Notes: a model not told the origin generated them from the sequence alone. A DNA stretch of 64,000 bases from an uncultured Nitrospiraceae bacterium (GCA_963846575.1 CAWJWJ010000001.1:64001-128000), one strand, 5' to 3'; positions 1-10,522 are shown, counted from the first letter of the stretch. Numbers and translations: made by a program.

Positions 1-638
1 GTCTCCTCGAGAACCAGTGCGACCAGGGCCGGCACGGTCGGGGTCACACGGTGCCCCAATCGGCTCAGCAGCTCATAGCCCGAGCCGTCGCTGCCCGTGC
101 GCGGAAGGGATCGCCCCCCTGTGGCGAGGATGACCCGTCGAGCGGCGAGTTCACCCAGCGTGTGACGAATCAGGAAGCGGGCCGACCGGTCTTCACCAGT
201 CTGCTCCGGGGCCTGCAAACGCACGAGGTCGGTGACGCGGTGTCCTGGATGTACCGCCACACCGAGCTCCCGACAGCGATGGATCAGCGCGTCGAGCACC
301 GTTCTGGCTTTATCGGTCGTGGGGAAGAGCTTCCCGGTCTCTTCACGCTTGAGCGTCACGCCCAGCGAGGCAAACCACTTCACGGTATCCTCCACCGGAA
401 AGGTGGCCAGCACATTGCGCAGGAGATGACGGGTGCCGAAGAAATCGTCCAATGTCACGCCGTCGTGCGTCACGTTGCATCGGCCCCCGCCGGACACCAG
501 AATCTTGGCTCCGATGGATTTGGCTCCATCCAGCAAGGCGACCTTCTGAGCCGGGGCCCGCTCGGCGGCAAAAATACCGGCGGCCAATCCGGCGGCTCCC
601 GCTCCCACCACGCATAGATCGACTGATACCTCTGTCAT
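1..638 (-). CDS. HI0933/BaiN-family NAD(P)/FAD-dependent flavoprotein, 5' part only (runs off the window start)
   Basis: Not in the ORF track. My translation from ATG 638 gives MTEVSVDLCVVGAGAAGLAAGIFAAE...GAKILVSGGGRCNVT, i.e. GxGxxG plus the family motif K(I/L)LxSGxGRCNxT. SD GAGGAG at 641-646 on the minus strand. Confidence 0.9.
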   Translation of the reverse strand, partial: MTEVSVDLCVVGAGAAGLAAGIFAAERAPAQKVALLDGAKSIGAKILVSGGGRCNVTHDGVTLDDFFGTRHLLRNVLATFPVEDTVKWFASLGVTLKREETGKLFPTTDKARTVLDALIHRCRELGVAVHPGHRVTDLVRLQAPEQTGEDRSARFLIRHTLGELAARRVILATGGRSLPRTGSDGSGYELLSRLGHRVTPTVPALVALVLEE

Positions 639-782
639 CACTCCTCTTTTCTTCCTCGCTGTGGGAACCCGATACCGACGACCAACCCCGCCGTCACCCT
701 CTCCCTGGCAAAATATCGCGCGCCTGTGCCAAGATCTTGGCAAGGACTCTGACGGCCCGCTCCTGCCATCGGGAAGATTTCG

Positions 783-1103
783 ATGCACCCCTGTTCAACT
801 CGATTCTGTCTCCTGCTATCGATGGGACTCCTGTTGACGGGATGCCTCCTCCCTCGCCAGGGACCGTTGGAGGAGAGCCGGAATGACAGTGTGGTGTCCG
901 CCGAGGTGGAAGCCACACTGGCTGGCGAGGGACCGGGTGACTTCTCCGGCATCCTCGTGGCCACCGACAGGGGCACCGTCACCCTGATGGGCACGGTACA
1001 GCGGGCTGAGCAGAAGGCACGGGCGGCCGAATTGGCGCGCCAGATCAAGGGGGTGAAACGAGTCAAGAATGATGTGGAGATTCATGCGACCGCTACGCCC
1101 TAG
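783..1103 (+). CDS. BON (OsmY-like) domain lipoprotein
   Basis: Lipobox LLTGC; BON signature GTVTLMGTV...AAELARQIKGVKRVKND. Confidence 0.85.
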   Translation: MHPCSTRFCLLLSMGLLLTGCLLPRQGPLEESRNDSVVSAEVEATLAGEGPGDFSGILVATDRGTVTLMGTVQRAEQKARAAELARQIKGVKRVKNDVEIHATATP

Positions 1104-1126
1104 GCCTTGACGATCGTGGAGCCCGC

Positions 1127-4100
1127 TCAAAAATCCTGCTCCTCCCCGCCCAGCTCCTCGCTGATCATCGTATAGGCCTTCTCTGGAAGAGTGATCGCAT
1201 TGACCAGAATGTCGAACGCCAGTTGCGCCGTACCCTTCACACCGACCATGAGCGATTCAGTGGGCAGGTATTTCAGTTGCGGTTTGCCGGCCGACCCCTT
1301 CAGCTCAAACATCGCCGTATCGAACCCCTGCCGGTCCCCGGCCAGGAGCGTGCCGAACAGCGGGATGCGCTTCAACATGTCCGCATAGGAGCCGAGTGGG
1401 CTCGTGGCAAGGACCATATCGAATTGGTCCGCCATCATGTCATACCGGCCGGTTGCGCTGACCTTGAGTACGGGACTATCGAGCAAAAATTCCTTCGTAC
1501 TGATCATGCCGTTATCGATCGAGAAGACCGCCTTCAGCCGGTCAAGCCGCATGCCGTCCTTGGAAAAATCCACTTGGCCCTGAAGCACCGCGGGCAGATT
1601 CATCACCGCTAATAACTCCGACAGGACAGGGACGTTGAAAATCCTCCCGTCCACCACGAGGACCTGAATCGGCCGCTGACTGGTCAGGGCACTGAGGATG
1701 ACGCCCTTGTTGTCCAAATCCGTCTGGACTTTTCCGGAGGTGGTCAGCCAGCCCGCGATCACCGGTTTCTCCTGCACGAGAGACAGGGCCCGCTCAATCG
1801 GTATGCCGCTCACGCGAAAACTGCTCCGCGCCCTGCCCAGTCTCCGGTCGGCCTCCCGCACCCTCATCTGGCCCGCCACCTCGCCTTCATCCGTATTGCC
1901 GCTGATCCGGTCCACCGTCAAGACGCCCTGGTCCCACAGCACATGACCTGAAAACCCGGTCAGCAGGAATGTTTTGTAATAGACGTGGTCGGCAAAAACA
2001 GACGCTTCCAACGTACTGTCCGACCACCAGGCCTTGTTGGCAGCCCCGGAGGCCGCCGGCCCTCGCTTGAACGGCAGGAATGCCGCCAGCTCGACTTGCG
2101 ACGACTTGACCGTGACGCGCGCTTTCGGCGCCTGCGCCCAGCGTGCGATCGAGCCGGACAAGCGGAAGTCGCTGGCCCCGACATGACAGTCCAAGCGCGG
2201 GATCTCGATCGTATCCTGATCGAACTTCAGCGTCACGAAGAGATCCCGGATCGGTTCTTTCATCGAATCGATCTTGAGGGTCCCCTGATCAAACTGCACC
2301 TGACCCACCGCTCGCCAGGACGCGCGATCCTTGACCTGCCCCTCCATGTGCAACGCCGCTTGTAACGTCCCGGTCTTGATCGGGCCGAGTGCGACCCCCC
2401 GGGGCAGCTGCTTCATGGAGATCACGCCGGAGGACACATGCACCGAAAAATCCATGTTCTCGGAGAAACTGACCCTGCCGTCTCCGACGATCTTGAGCGG
2501 AGGAAGAAGCAACTCGATGTGGCGAACCGCTAAGAGCTCCCCGTCGGATAACCTGGTATCGAATTGAATGGCAGCAGGAGCGTGTCTCGGTTTGGTCAAA
2601 ATGTTGGGGATGCGCAGTCCGGCCGATTTAAGATCGACCGTGCCCGAGAAACGAGGTTGCTTGAGCAAGCCGGTCAGGGTCGCCTCCATGCGGACGACTC
2701 CCTCCACTGCGGATTGTGGGCCGACGTCGATCTGCTCCGCGAGCACCGACAGCATGTCGGACGCTTCGGCCGTCACGTTCAATTTGAGATCCGAATAGGC
2801 CTTGCCTTCCCTCAAGGTCACCGTGCCTGCCGCCTGGAGCTTGGCGGCACCGGCCCGCCCCTCCATATGCTCCAATGTCACCGTCGTCGGGGACGCCTTG
2901 ATGCGAGCCTGCACTTGATGGATGAAGACCGGGAAGAGCGTGCCGCGGAACCCGGCATTCTGTAAGGTGAGATCGACGTCAACCAGGGCGAGAGGTTTTC
3001 CTCCGGCCGGTTGCCCCATGATATGCACGACCACATCGACCTCGCCGGAGGCTTCCTGCACCCTTCTCAACGTCTCCTGCAGGACGGGAAAGTCGTCGAT
3101 GCGCCGCACGGCATCGAGCAGACCCGACAATGGCGCGGTCCCCAGCATGCGCATATCGATCGCCGGATCAGTCAGCCACTTCGAGATGGACAGATCCTCG
3201 CCGGTCAGACGGACCGGCCCCACTTGCGCGCGCAGGCCGGTGAGCCGCACCTGGTCCGTATCGAACGCAATGTTGGCGGTGAGGGCTTCGATGCCGGGAT
3301 AACCCGGCTGCAACGTGAAACGGCCGTTTCGCACTTCCGCAAGACCGGTGAGGCTCACTGACGCCCCGGACTCCTCCGGCCAGGAGAGCGACATGGACTG
3401 CAGCGTGAACAGGCCATCGACGCCGTGTTCCGTCAACTGCGACCGGATCCGGGTAGAGATCCATGCCGTGGGAAGCTGACTCAACCCTCGCTCCAGAGTC
3501 ACGGAAGAGGCCGACATCGTCGCGGAAAAACGCGGGCGCGGCCCGCCGAGTCCGGAAAGCCCCGCGGTCCCCTGCAGCGCGATGTCCGATAATTCCGCTT
3601 TCCACTCATCGGCCGTCAGTTCATATCCGTCGGAGCGAGGCGACAGTCGGAGATGCGCCCTGAGCTGCGCCAACCCGACCAGGCCATCCGAAACCGGTTC
3701 CAGACCGGTCCAGGCGGAAAGCAATCGCCGAAGGTTCACCTGGTGGAGGCGTAAATTCCCCTCGGCCTGAATCTCCTCTCCATCGTGAGTCGGGGTGACG
3801 GAACCATCCAGGTTAAAGACGGCCCGGTCTCCTTCATGGGGAATTTCTCCGGACAGCTGCAGCCTGGCGAGGCGACCCAGAATCTCACCGGACCATGTCG
3901 CCTGCGTCACGAGGATCTGGATCGGAGCCCGCAGCACCTGACCGGACTCATCGAGGACCGTGATCAGCCCGTCGGTCACCAGTAGGTTGTGCAGGGACTG
4001 CATGAATGCGAAGGGGTTCGCCGTTGAATCGGAAGGGGCCGAAGTCTCCGTAACGCCGAGAGCCCAGCCCCCGTCCGACGACCGGTGAACGGTGAGACGG

Positions 4101-4459
4101 GGACGGTCGATGACCAAATCCTTCCCCACGACCCGTCCCTCCCAGAGCGGAAGGGACTGCAGCGTAAGCTCCAGACGCTCGGCTGCAAAAACAGGGGTGC
4201 CAGATGATTTGTCCCGGACCTCCACCTTGCGCAGGTCCAGCCGGAGGGAGGGGAACAGAGCGATGCGCCAGGTCTCAACGGAGAGAGACCGGCCCGTGCG
4301 CTCCTCAAACTCGTGGAAAAACGCCTCACCGATCGCCGCGCGGTTCAGTATCCAGGGCAGAGCCAGCAGACCGGCAAGGACGACCATCGCCAGCAGCAGC
4401 AGGGCGATCGCGATACTCCCCCTGTGCCTCATTGACGGTATGGTCGGCGATTGGTCCAT
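1127..4459 (-). CDS. AsmA/YhdP-like (repeating beta-groove) envelope protein
   Basis: 1110 aa, N-terminal TM anchor, AsmA-like N-terminus (LFPSLRLDLRKVEV), beta-rich body, AsmA_2-like C-terminus (IPLFGTLLAG). The start may be 4432. Confidence 0.8.
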   Translation of the reverse strand: MDQSPTIPSMRHRGSIAIALLLLAMVVLAGLLALPWILNRAAIGEAFFHEFEERTGRSLSVETWRIALFPSLRLDLRKVEVRDKSSGTPVFAAERLELTLQSLPLWEGRVVGKDLVIDRPRLTVHRSSDGGWALGVTETSAPSDSTANPFAFMQSLHNLLVTDGLITVLDESGQVLRAPIQILVTQATWSGEILGRLARLQLSGEIPHEGDRAVFNLDGSVTPTHDGEEIQAEGNLRLHQVNLRRLLSAWTGLEPVSDGLVGLAQLRAHLRLSPRSDGYELTADEWKAELSDIALQGTAGLSGLGGPRPRFSATMSASSVTLERGLSQLPTAWISTRIRSQLTEHGVDGLFTLQSMSLSWPEESGASVSLTGLAEVRNGRFTLQPGYPGIEALTANIAFDTDQVRLTGLRAQVGPVRLTGEDLSISKWLTDPAIDMRMLGTAPLSGLLDAVRRIDDFPVLQETLRRVQEASGEVDVVVHIMGQPAGGKPLALVDVDLTLQNAGFRGTLFPVFIHQVQARIKASPTTVTLEHMEGRAGAAKLQAAGTVTLREGKAYSDLKLNVTAEASDMLSVLAEQIDVGPQSAVEGVVRMEATLTGLLKQPRFSGTVDLKSAGLRIPNILTKPRHAPAAIQFDTRLSDGELLAVRHIELLLPPLKIVGDGRVSFSENMDFSVHVSSGVISMKQLPRGVALGPIKTGTLQAALHMEGQVKDRASWRAVGQVQFDQGTLKIDSMKEPIRDLFVTLKFDQDTIEIPRLDCHVGASDFRLSGSIARWAQAPKARVTVKSSQVELAAFLPFKRGPAASGAANKAWWSDSTLEASVFADHVYYKTFLLTGFSGHVLWDQGVLTVDRISGNTDEGEVAGQMRVREADRRLGRARSSFRVSGIPIERALSLVQEKPVIAGWLTTSGKVQTDLDNKGVILSALTSQRPIQVLVVDGRIFNVPVLSELLAVMNLPAVLQGQVDFSKDGMRLDRLKAVFSIDNGMISTKEFLLDSPVLKVSATGRYDMMADQFDMVLATSPLGSYADMLKRIPLFGTLLAGDRQGFDTAMFELKGSAGKPQLKYLPTESLMVGVKGTAQLAFDILVNAITLPEKAYTMISEELGGEEQDF

Positions 4460-4640
4460 CAGGAAATAGCCTCACAGTCACTCTACGCAGCCGACGTGGC
4501 GGACACAAGTCGCAGGGGCGAGTCGCGTTCCCGGCCGGGAAGGCCTGCGCCTGATACCTGAACCCGGTTATGGTACAGTCGCGCAATCAACGACGGAGTA
4601 GAGAACCTCCGTTACGGGCATTACGCCGGTCACCGCACCC

Positions 4641-5411
4641 ATGCTACGAATTGCATTTCTACATCTGGCCCCGGTACCGGGGGCGCTTGCACAGAACCGC
4701 CACCTGCTGACCGGTGCCATCGCGAAGGCTGCGAGCCTGGGCGCACATTGGATTCTCACCCCGGAACTGGCCGTGAGCGGTTATAGTTTTTCCGATCGTC
4801 TCGGCACTCAGTGGATTGAGCCTCAACCGGACCACTGGATGGCCGGAGTCTGCCGTCTCGCCGCCCGGCTGCAGGTGGCGATCTTGTTATCTCACCCTGA
4901 ACGGGACCCACAATCAGATCATCTCTATAACACGGTCTTTGCCCTGAGGGCCGATGGAGGCGTGGCAGGCAGTCACCGCAAGATCAACACGTTGCGGGTG
5001 GGATCCGAAGCCTGGTCCACACCGGGCAGCCGGGCCACCGCCTGTTCTCTTCCGCCTTTCGGCCCAATCGGCATCCTCATCTGTGCCGATGCGTACTCCC
5101 CAGAAATCGCGAAAAGCCTGAAGGCGCAGGGGGCGCGGGCGCTCGTCTCATCGGCGGCCTGGCCTCCGGGACTCCACGGTCCGAACGGGGAGTGGGAACG
5201 CTGCACGAAGGATACGGGGCTGCCGTTGTTCGTCTGCAACCGCACGGGACCGGACCGCACGCTGGACTTCACGAAGGCCGAGAGCGTCGTCGCGCAGGAC
5301 GGACGGCGGCTGCTGTCATTCTCCTGCCCACGTTCCGCCATCTTCATCATCGACTGGGATCTAGAATCAGGCACCCTGGCCCGCACGGACTACCAGCGCA
5401 TCCTGCTCTGA
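4641..5411 (+). CDS. Carbon-nitrogen hydrolase (nitrilase superfamily)
   Basis: Catalytic E-K-C triad motifs TPELAVSGY, HRKIN, GILICAD. Confidence 0.9.
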   Translation: MLRIAFLHLAPVPGALAQNRHLLTGAIAKAASLGAHWILTPELAVSGYSFSDRLGTQWIEPQPDHWMAGVCRLAARLQVAILLSHPERDPQSDHLYNTVFALRADGGVAGSHRKINTLRVGSEAWSTPGSRATACSLPPFGPIGILICADAYSPEIAKSLKAQGARALVSSAAWPPGLHGPNGEWERCTKDTGLPLFVCNRTGPDRTLDFTKAESVVAQDGRRLLSFSCPRSAIFIIDWDLESGTLARTDYQRILL

Positions 5412-5436
5412 GCCGAGCCCTCCATCCGCGTGACCG

Positions 5437-5997
5437 TCACGATGACTTGAGCAGGGCATCCAGAAACCCGAGACCGGCCGGCCATTCACCCAACCCGCTG
5501 TCGGCGTTGATATGGCCGGCGGCCCCGATATCCGCGAATGCGCTGCCCCAGCCGGTTGCGCAGTGCTTCGCATAGGCCAGGGACCCGAACTGATCGTCGC
5601 TGCTGGCCACCACCAGGCTCGGAAAAGGCAGCTTCCCGAGAGGGACCGGCTGAAAACCCTGTGCGGCTGAGGGGAACGAGGGGCTGTCAGGATCCGGGAC
5701 TGCCACTAGCAGCGCCGCGCGGACGGATGCGGAGGACCGATGCGCCCAGTGAGCCACCACCAGACACCCGAGACTATGGGCGATCAAGACCGGCGGCACC
5801 GGCAGGCATTGCATCGACTCATCCAGCCGGCGCCACCATTCCTCGCAGACGGGGTGATCCCAATCGCGTTGGTGCACGCGCCGCCATGCGGGATGTTGTC
5901 TCTCCCAGAGGGTTTGCCAATGCCGGGGCCCCGAACTGCCGAACCCCGGCAGGGTCAAGACCACCGCTGAGTCGCCCCCCGTCCTGTCATCCCGCAT
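5437..5997 (-). CDS. RBBP9/YdeN family alpha/beta hydrolase
   Basis: LPGFGSSGPRHWQ, AHSLGC nucleophile elbow, GHIN motif. Confidence 0.9.
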   Translation of the reverse strand: MRDDRTGGDSAVVLTLPGFGSSGPRHWQTLWERQHPAWRRVHQRDWDHPVCEEWWRRLDESMQCLPVPPVLIAHSLGCLVVAHWAHRSSASVRAALLVAVPDPDSPSFPSAAQGFQPVPLGKLPFPSLVVASSDDQFGSLAYAKHCATGWGSAFADIGAAGHINADSGLGEWPAGLGFLDALLKSS

Positions 5998-7222
5998 GGG
6001 CGGCCCGCTCCATCAGCCATGCCACTGCTCCCGCCCCAGCCGCGCGACCGCTGGCAAAACAAGCCGTCAGCAAATAGCCGCCGGTCGGTGCTTCCCAATC
6101 CAACATTTCTCCGGCGCAGAACACACCGGGCAGCGCACGAACCATCAGCCGGTGGTCGAGTGCGTCAAACCCCACCCCGCCAGCCGTGCTGATGGCTTCT
6201 GCCAGGGGTCGCGGGGCAGCCAGCGTGAGCGGGAGCGATTTGATCGCCGCTGCCAGTCGGGCGGGATCGGTGAAATCCTCCTTCGAGACGATTTCCCGAA
6301 GCAGCCCTGATTTGACCCCTTCGATATGCGCACGCCGCTGCAGATGCGTCGCCATGGTCCGTTTGCCCCGCGGTTGGGACAGGTCCTTGATCAGTCGCGG
6401 CAACTCGCGATCGGGCGCGAGGTCGAGGCGCAGCGTGCCCCGCCCGGTCGCGTGGATTTCGTCGCGCAGGTAGGGCGCCACCGCATAGATCACGCCCCCC
6501 TCGATGCCGGTTTCGGTGATCACAAATTCTCCCATGCGACGCATCACCGCCCCGGACGGAGACTTCGCGACGACCCCCACGGTCTTGACCGGATGTCCGG
6601 CGAACTTGGCACGAAAGTGTTCGCTCCATCCCACGTCGAACCCGCAGTTGGCCGGTTGTAACGGAACGACCGGCACGGCACGCTTCTCGAACCAGGACAC
6701 CCAAGCCCCGTCTGAACCGAGCTGAGGCCAGCTGCCCCCGCCCATCGCGAAGATGGCGGCATCGGCCTGGACCTGCTGCAATCCTTCACCGGTTTCGAAA
6801 CAGAGCGCCCCCTTTGCGTCCCAGCCGCACCAACGATGCCGCGCATGCACGGTCAACCCGGTCTGACGCAGGCGGCGCAACCAGGCGCGCAGGAGCGGCG
6901 CGGCCTTCATGTCGACGGGAAACACGCGGCCGGAGGAACCGACGGAGGTCTCGATGCCAAGTCCCCGCGCCCATGCGCGAAGCGCGCCGGGGCCAAATTC
7001 TGCCAACCAGGGTGCGACCTGGTCCCGGCGATCGCCGTACCGTGCCAGAAAACTTTCCGTTGGTTCCGAGTGGGTCAGGTTCAGCCCGCCCTTTCCGGCA
7101 AGGAGAAACTTTCGCCCGATGGAGGCCATCGAGTCGTACAGATCCACGCGCGCGCCGCCTGCCAGGGCCGTCTCTGCGGCCATGAGCCCGGCCGGTCCGC
7201 CACCGATGATTGCAATGTGCAT
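5987..7222 (-). CDS. TIGR03862-type HI0933-family flavoprotein
   Basis: GGGPAGL; GRKFLLAGKGGLNLTH; AISTAGGV; GEMLDWEAPTGGYLLT. Confidence 0.9.
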   Translation of the reverse strand: MHIAIIGGGPAGLMAAETALAGGARVDLYDSMASIGRKFLLAGKGGLNLTHSEPTESFLARYGDRRDQVAPWLAEFGPGALRAWARGLGIETSVGSSGRVFPVDMKAAPLLRAWLRRLRQTGLTVHARHRWCGWDAKGALCFETGEGLQQVQADAAIFAMGGGSWPQLGSDGAWVSWFEKRAVPVVPLQPANCGFDVGWSEHFRAKFAGHPVKTVGVVAKSPSGAVMRRMGEFVITETGIEGGVIYAVAPYLRDEIHATGRGTLRLDLAPDRELPRLIKDLSQPRGKRTMATHLQRRAHIEGVKSGLLREIVSKEDFTDPARLAAAIKSLPLTLAAPRPLAEAISTAGGVGFDALDHRLMVRALPGVFCAGEMLDWEAPTGGYLLTACFASGRAAGAGAVAWLMERAAHAG

Positions 7223-7412
7223 ATGTGTGCTGATCCCTCTCTGTATCTGGACGGTTCGGCCCGTTGACGACTGGCAGGATGCCGCATCAGATCACCGGAT
7301 TGTGCCGCCTGATGAACCCGGACAGGGGGCGAACGATATCCTAACCGGAAAGGAAGCTCAAGAGAATCGCCTCCCGGATCGGGAGCGTGCGCGACGGATG
7401 GGATTGGTGCGT

Positions 7413-8990
7413 TCAGCGGCGAAGCGATGCTTTGAACCCCGGCACGATGGCTTCGAGGAACGCGTTTTTCACCAGGTTAAGGAGGATGTCCCACGTGCTG
7501 GCTCGCGGATCCTCCAAAGGGCCCTTCACCTCTGTTTCAGTGGCGACCTCCTCACGGGGCTCATTTTCAAACATGGTGACGAGGCCGTCTAAGAGGCCCT
7601 CATACACCTGCTTCAAAAAGCCCTGGTCTTCATCCTGCGCCGGATCATAGACGTCGACGTCTTTAAAAAACGGTTTCACGTAGCCGTCGACTTTGCCCCG
7701 CTGGACGGTCATTTCACTAAAAAAGGCGAACGTGCCGGCCTGAACGTCGGCCCCGGCATGCGCTCGCAGGATGTTATTCATCGCCTTCAACGGGGTTTTG
7801 ACTATTTTCACCTTGAGGTCGAAATCAGGCAGCGGTTTCTGCGGCCGGAACCGGGCGTTCGACATGAGCTTGCCATGGCCCATGAAACGCCCCGCAAGAT
7901 CCACCGTTCCCGTACCCCTATCGAACCGGTTCGAAAAGTCCTGAATGGTCATTTCCATCCGCGTGAGAAAGAGGCGGTACCCAGGATCTGTGTCTTTATT
8001 GACGAATCCGACTTCACTATTGGTGATGTTCCCGCGCCGGATCCTGATCGTCAGCTGAGGTTTCGGCTGGTCCGCTTCTAGTTTGGGGGCGACGGCATGT
8101 GTCGCCTGTTTGACTGTGGCGGCTGAACGGCCCGCGTGCACGTAATCTACACGCAATCCATCCACGTCGAGGTTCAGGAATTCCACGTCCTGAACGGTCG
8201 GCGAATATTCGACATGCCCCTTGGCAGAGAGAGTGCCCTCTCGAATCTGCAGGCTCATTCGCCCCGCCAGCGGCAACAAGTCTGTGAGCCCCACCTGTTG
8301 CAGGGTCACGTCCGCATCGATTCCGAGATGCGGCTCCCGCATGAAATCGGCCGTCCCATCCAGGTTCAGGTGGCCGGAATCGAACAGGCGAGCTTCGAGC
8401 CTGACCGTGGAGGGATACACCCTGTCTCCGGACTGAATGTTACGAATGTTTCCTGCATGGAAGTGAACGTCCCTCACGCGGAGCGGTTTGCTATTCTGGG
8501 AATCCACATAGGTGACGTCGCCGTCGATGATCTCCAGCTCGTTAACTTTCAATGGGTAAAGTTGCAACAGCGCCTGCTGCCAGCCTTTCTCCTTCAAGTG
8601 CCGCTCATCCCGAGCTTCGTCGGTCGCTTGTTTCCGCGTCAGGTGGAGGACCGGCCGTTCGATCCGATGGTCACTCACGACATGTCCGGTCAGTATTTCC
8701 CGCCAGTGAATACTTGCGCTCCACTGCCCGATCTTCACGAGAGGCTGGTCGGGACCTGTGTCCGTGGTCAGGGCGAGGTCCCGGAAATCAACGGAAAGTC
8801 CCAACGGATGGAAATCGAGCGCACCGATGGTGACATGGTATCCGTCCAAGGACTGGTTCGCCTGCCGCTCGGCATAGGCACGCAATGGCTCATCACTCAA
8901 CGAAACGGCGACGATGAGGCACAACGACAGGACAGCCAGGATGATGGCGGTGATCTTTAGCCGCGGGTGCGGCTGCCGAAGCCAGTTCAT
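7413..8990 (-). CDS. DUF748 domain protein (AsmA-like superfamily)
   Basis: N-terminal TM helix, two repeated beta-rich modules, GYVKPFFKD and LVKNAFLEAIVPG C-terminal motifs. Confidence 0.75.
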   Translation of the reverse strand: MNWLRQPHPRLKITAIILAVLSLCLIVAVSLSDEPLRAYAERQANQSLDGYHVTIGALDFHPLGLSVDFRDLALTTDTGPDQPLVKIGQWSASIHWREILTGHVVSDHRIERPVLHLTRKQATDEARDERHLKEKGWQQALLQLYPLKVNELEIIDGDVTYVDSQNSKPLRVRDVHFHAGNIRNIQSGDRVYPSTVRLEARLFDSGHLNLDGTADFMREPHLGIDADVTLQQVGLTDLLPLAGRMSLQIREGTLSAKGHVEYSPTVQDVEFLNLDVDGLRVDYVHAGRSAATVKQATHAVAPKLEADQPKPQLTIRIRRGNITNSEVGFVNKDTDPGYRLFLTRMEMTIQDFSNRFDRGTGTVDLAGRFMGHGKLMSNARFRPQKPLPDFDLKVKIVKTPLKAMNNILRAHAGADVQAGTFAFFSEMTVQRGKVDGYVKPFFKDVDVYDPAQDEDQGFLKQVYEGLLDGLVTMFENEPREEVATETEVKGPLEDPRASTWDILLNLVKNAFLEAIVPGFKASLRR

Positions 8991-9134
8991 AGATACCCTT
9001 CGCGTGGGGTTGTACGGGAGCAGTGAGGAGACTGATGCACGGCGCCTTCCTGTCGAATGGATGGTACGGCATGCAGTCCGTCGCGGCTACTGGCAAAGCC
9101 CGAGAGGGCCGGGGCTTCAGAGGACATGCGTATG

Positions 9135-9551
9135 CTACCGACGCACGAGAACCGGCAGGAACCAGCGTGGTTTCATCCGACCAAAATCGCGGCGCACCCG
9201 ATGCTTCAAGGCTGGCTGGGAATCGAACACGCAGGGTCGCCCATGCGTCCGGAGAAAAACGACCCAATGCCAGCAGGGCCGTCCCTCCTCCACATGCCAC
9301 TTAATGGCAAGCAACGCGCAGTCCGGCAGATCCGGCCAGGCACGGAAGCGCTTCGTTGTCCGTGCAACCCTCACATCGAATTGCGCGCACAGTCGCCGCA
9401 CCTGCCCGGTCCCGGACCATAAGTTTCGATCGCTCGCCGAAATGCCCATGGACGCACCCACCGCCTTCGCGCGAGCATAAGACACTCCGGCGATCGTTGC
9501 CACGGAGGCGATTCCGCAGCCCGTCCGTTCTTCTTGCACAACGGGCTTCAT
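9135..9551 (-). CDS. Stand-alone C39 peptidase-like protein
   Basis: From ATG 9551: MKPVVQEERTGCGIASVA (Q-x5-C), HWVVF, FDS. The start overlaps the GNAT stop (ATGA). Confidence 0.65.
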   Translation of the reverse strand: MKPVVQEERTGCGIASVATIAGVSYARAKAVGASMGISASDRNLWSGTGQVRRLCAQFDVRVARTTKRFRAWPDLPDCALLAIKWHVEEGRPCWHWVVFLRTHGRPCVFDSQPALKHRVRRDFGRMKPRWFLPVLVRR

Positions 9552-10021
9552 GCCAGATCGAGGCTCATTTTTCGCCCACCGGAGAGATGGAATCCCTGCT
9601 GCTCGTAAAACGCGAACGTCCGGTCGAACTGCGGCAGCGGCGGCGTGGTGACTTCCAATCTCGTCCAACCCCTCGCCCGGGCCAGCGCTGTGACCTCCGT
9701 GAGCAGCGTCGCGCCGACCTTGCGGGAGCGACAAGCAGGCCGCACGTAAAATTCGGGGATGGTCCCGAAGGCTCCTTCAGCATAGAGCGCACGGCTTTCG
9801 GATAACGCAAGAAAACCGATTACCGTTCCGCCCTCGGAGGCCAGCAGGATCGTATAACTTCCGTCCGCCAGCCAGCTTCGCGCCCGTGCTGCGGTTGCGA
9901 GGGGAGAAAACCCGAAGGCCCTGGTGCCAGTGGATGCCATGACTTCATGCAACAGCTCACCGACCAGTTCGGCGATGGCCGGTGCATCGGAAGGCCCGGC
10001 CTGGGTAATGTGACACGACAT
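9548..10021 (-). CDS. GNAT family N-acetyltransferase
   Basis: EFYVRPACRSRKVGATLL acetyl-CoA motif; FYEQQGF. Confidence 0.9.
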   Translation of the reverse strand: MSCHITQAGPSDAPAIAELVGELLHEVMASTGTRAFGFSPLATAARARSWLADGSYTILLASEGGTVIGFLALSESRALYAEGAFGTIPEFYVRPACRSRKVGATLLTEVTALARARGWTRLEVTTPPLPQFDRTFAFYEQQGFHLSGGRKMSLDLA

Positions 10022-10123
10022 GGCGCGACCCTACCGGGAGCAGGCGTTGGCGTCAAGCTGACCGGCCGCGCAGGCGCCGGGCGCTCGGTCTCCCTGCACG
10101 TGGCCCCATCCGATCAGGCAAAA

Positions 10124-10152
10124 TTGACAGCCTCCAGCCCCTCTTCTATAGT
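10124..10152 (+). promoter_or_regulatory. Sigma70-type promoter, probably giving a leaderless mRNA
   Basis: TTGACA (10124-10129), 17 bp spacer, TATAGT (10147-10152). ATG at 10160 lies at the expected +1 and has no SD. Confidence 0.75.
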
Positions 10153-10159
10153 TGAAGCA

Positions 10160-10522
10160 ATGCTGCGCATGAGAACAATCGTCCGTCACAGGGGTATGGT
10201 GTGGTTGGCGCTCGTGATGTCGCTCATGACTGCCGGCGACCTGGTCATGGATCTGGCCTTCGAGGAGGCGGAGCCGGTGACTTCCGCCGAAGCCTCATCA
10301 ATACCGGAAGCACCCGAAAATGCGGCCGAACACGTCCTGATGCCCTCCCAGAAGGCGGATCATTCCACGGCGACCACGTGGCTCATTCTGCCGCCGTCAG
10401 TGGTTCATTCTGCGCTTGTGACAGCTTGTCTCCCGCCCCCTGTCATTGCGCGAGCGGACTTTGCTCGCGAACGGCCTCCGCGCCGTAGCCCCGTCCCCCT
10501 CTTGCTCCCGCTTCGGATCTAG
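10160..10522 (+). CDS. Hypothetical 120-aa protein; candidate regulatory leader peptide (N-terminal hydrophobic helix, C-terminal ERPP)
   Basis: In-frame ATG inside ORF 9947..10522, directly after a near-consensus promoter; MVWLALVMSLMTAG helix; ends RERPPRRSPVPLLLPLRI. Confidence 0.6.
   Translation: MLRMRTIVRHRGMVWLALVMSLMTAGDLVMDLAFEEAEPVTSAEASSIPEAPENAAEHVLMPSQKADHSTATTWLILPPSVVHSALVTACLPPPVIARADFARERPPRRSPVPLLLPLRI

Noticed and set aside
51..617. 188-aa plus-strand ORF and the many similar overlapping ORFs (e.g. 8136-8960, 22722-23750, 35765-36676, 46980-47870)
   Set aside because: Antisense or alternate-frame shadows of well-supported genes in GC-rich DNA, with no motifs
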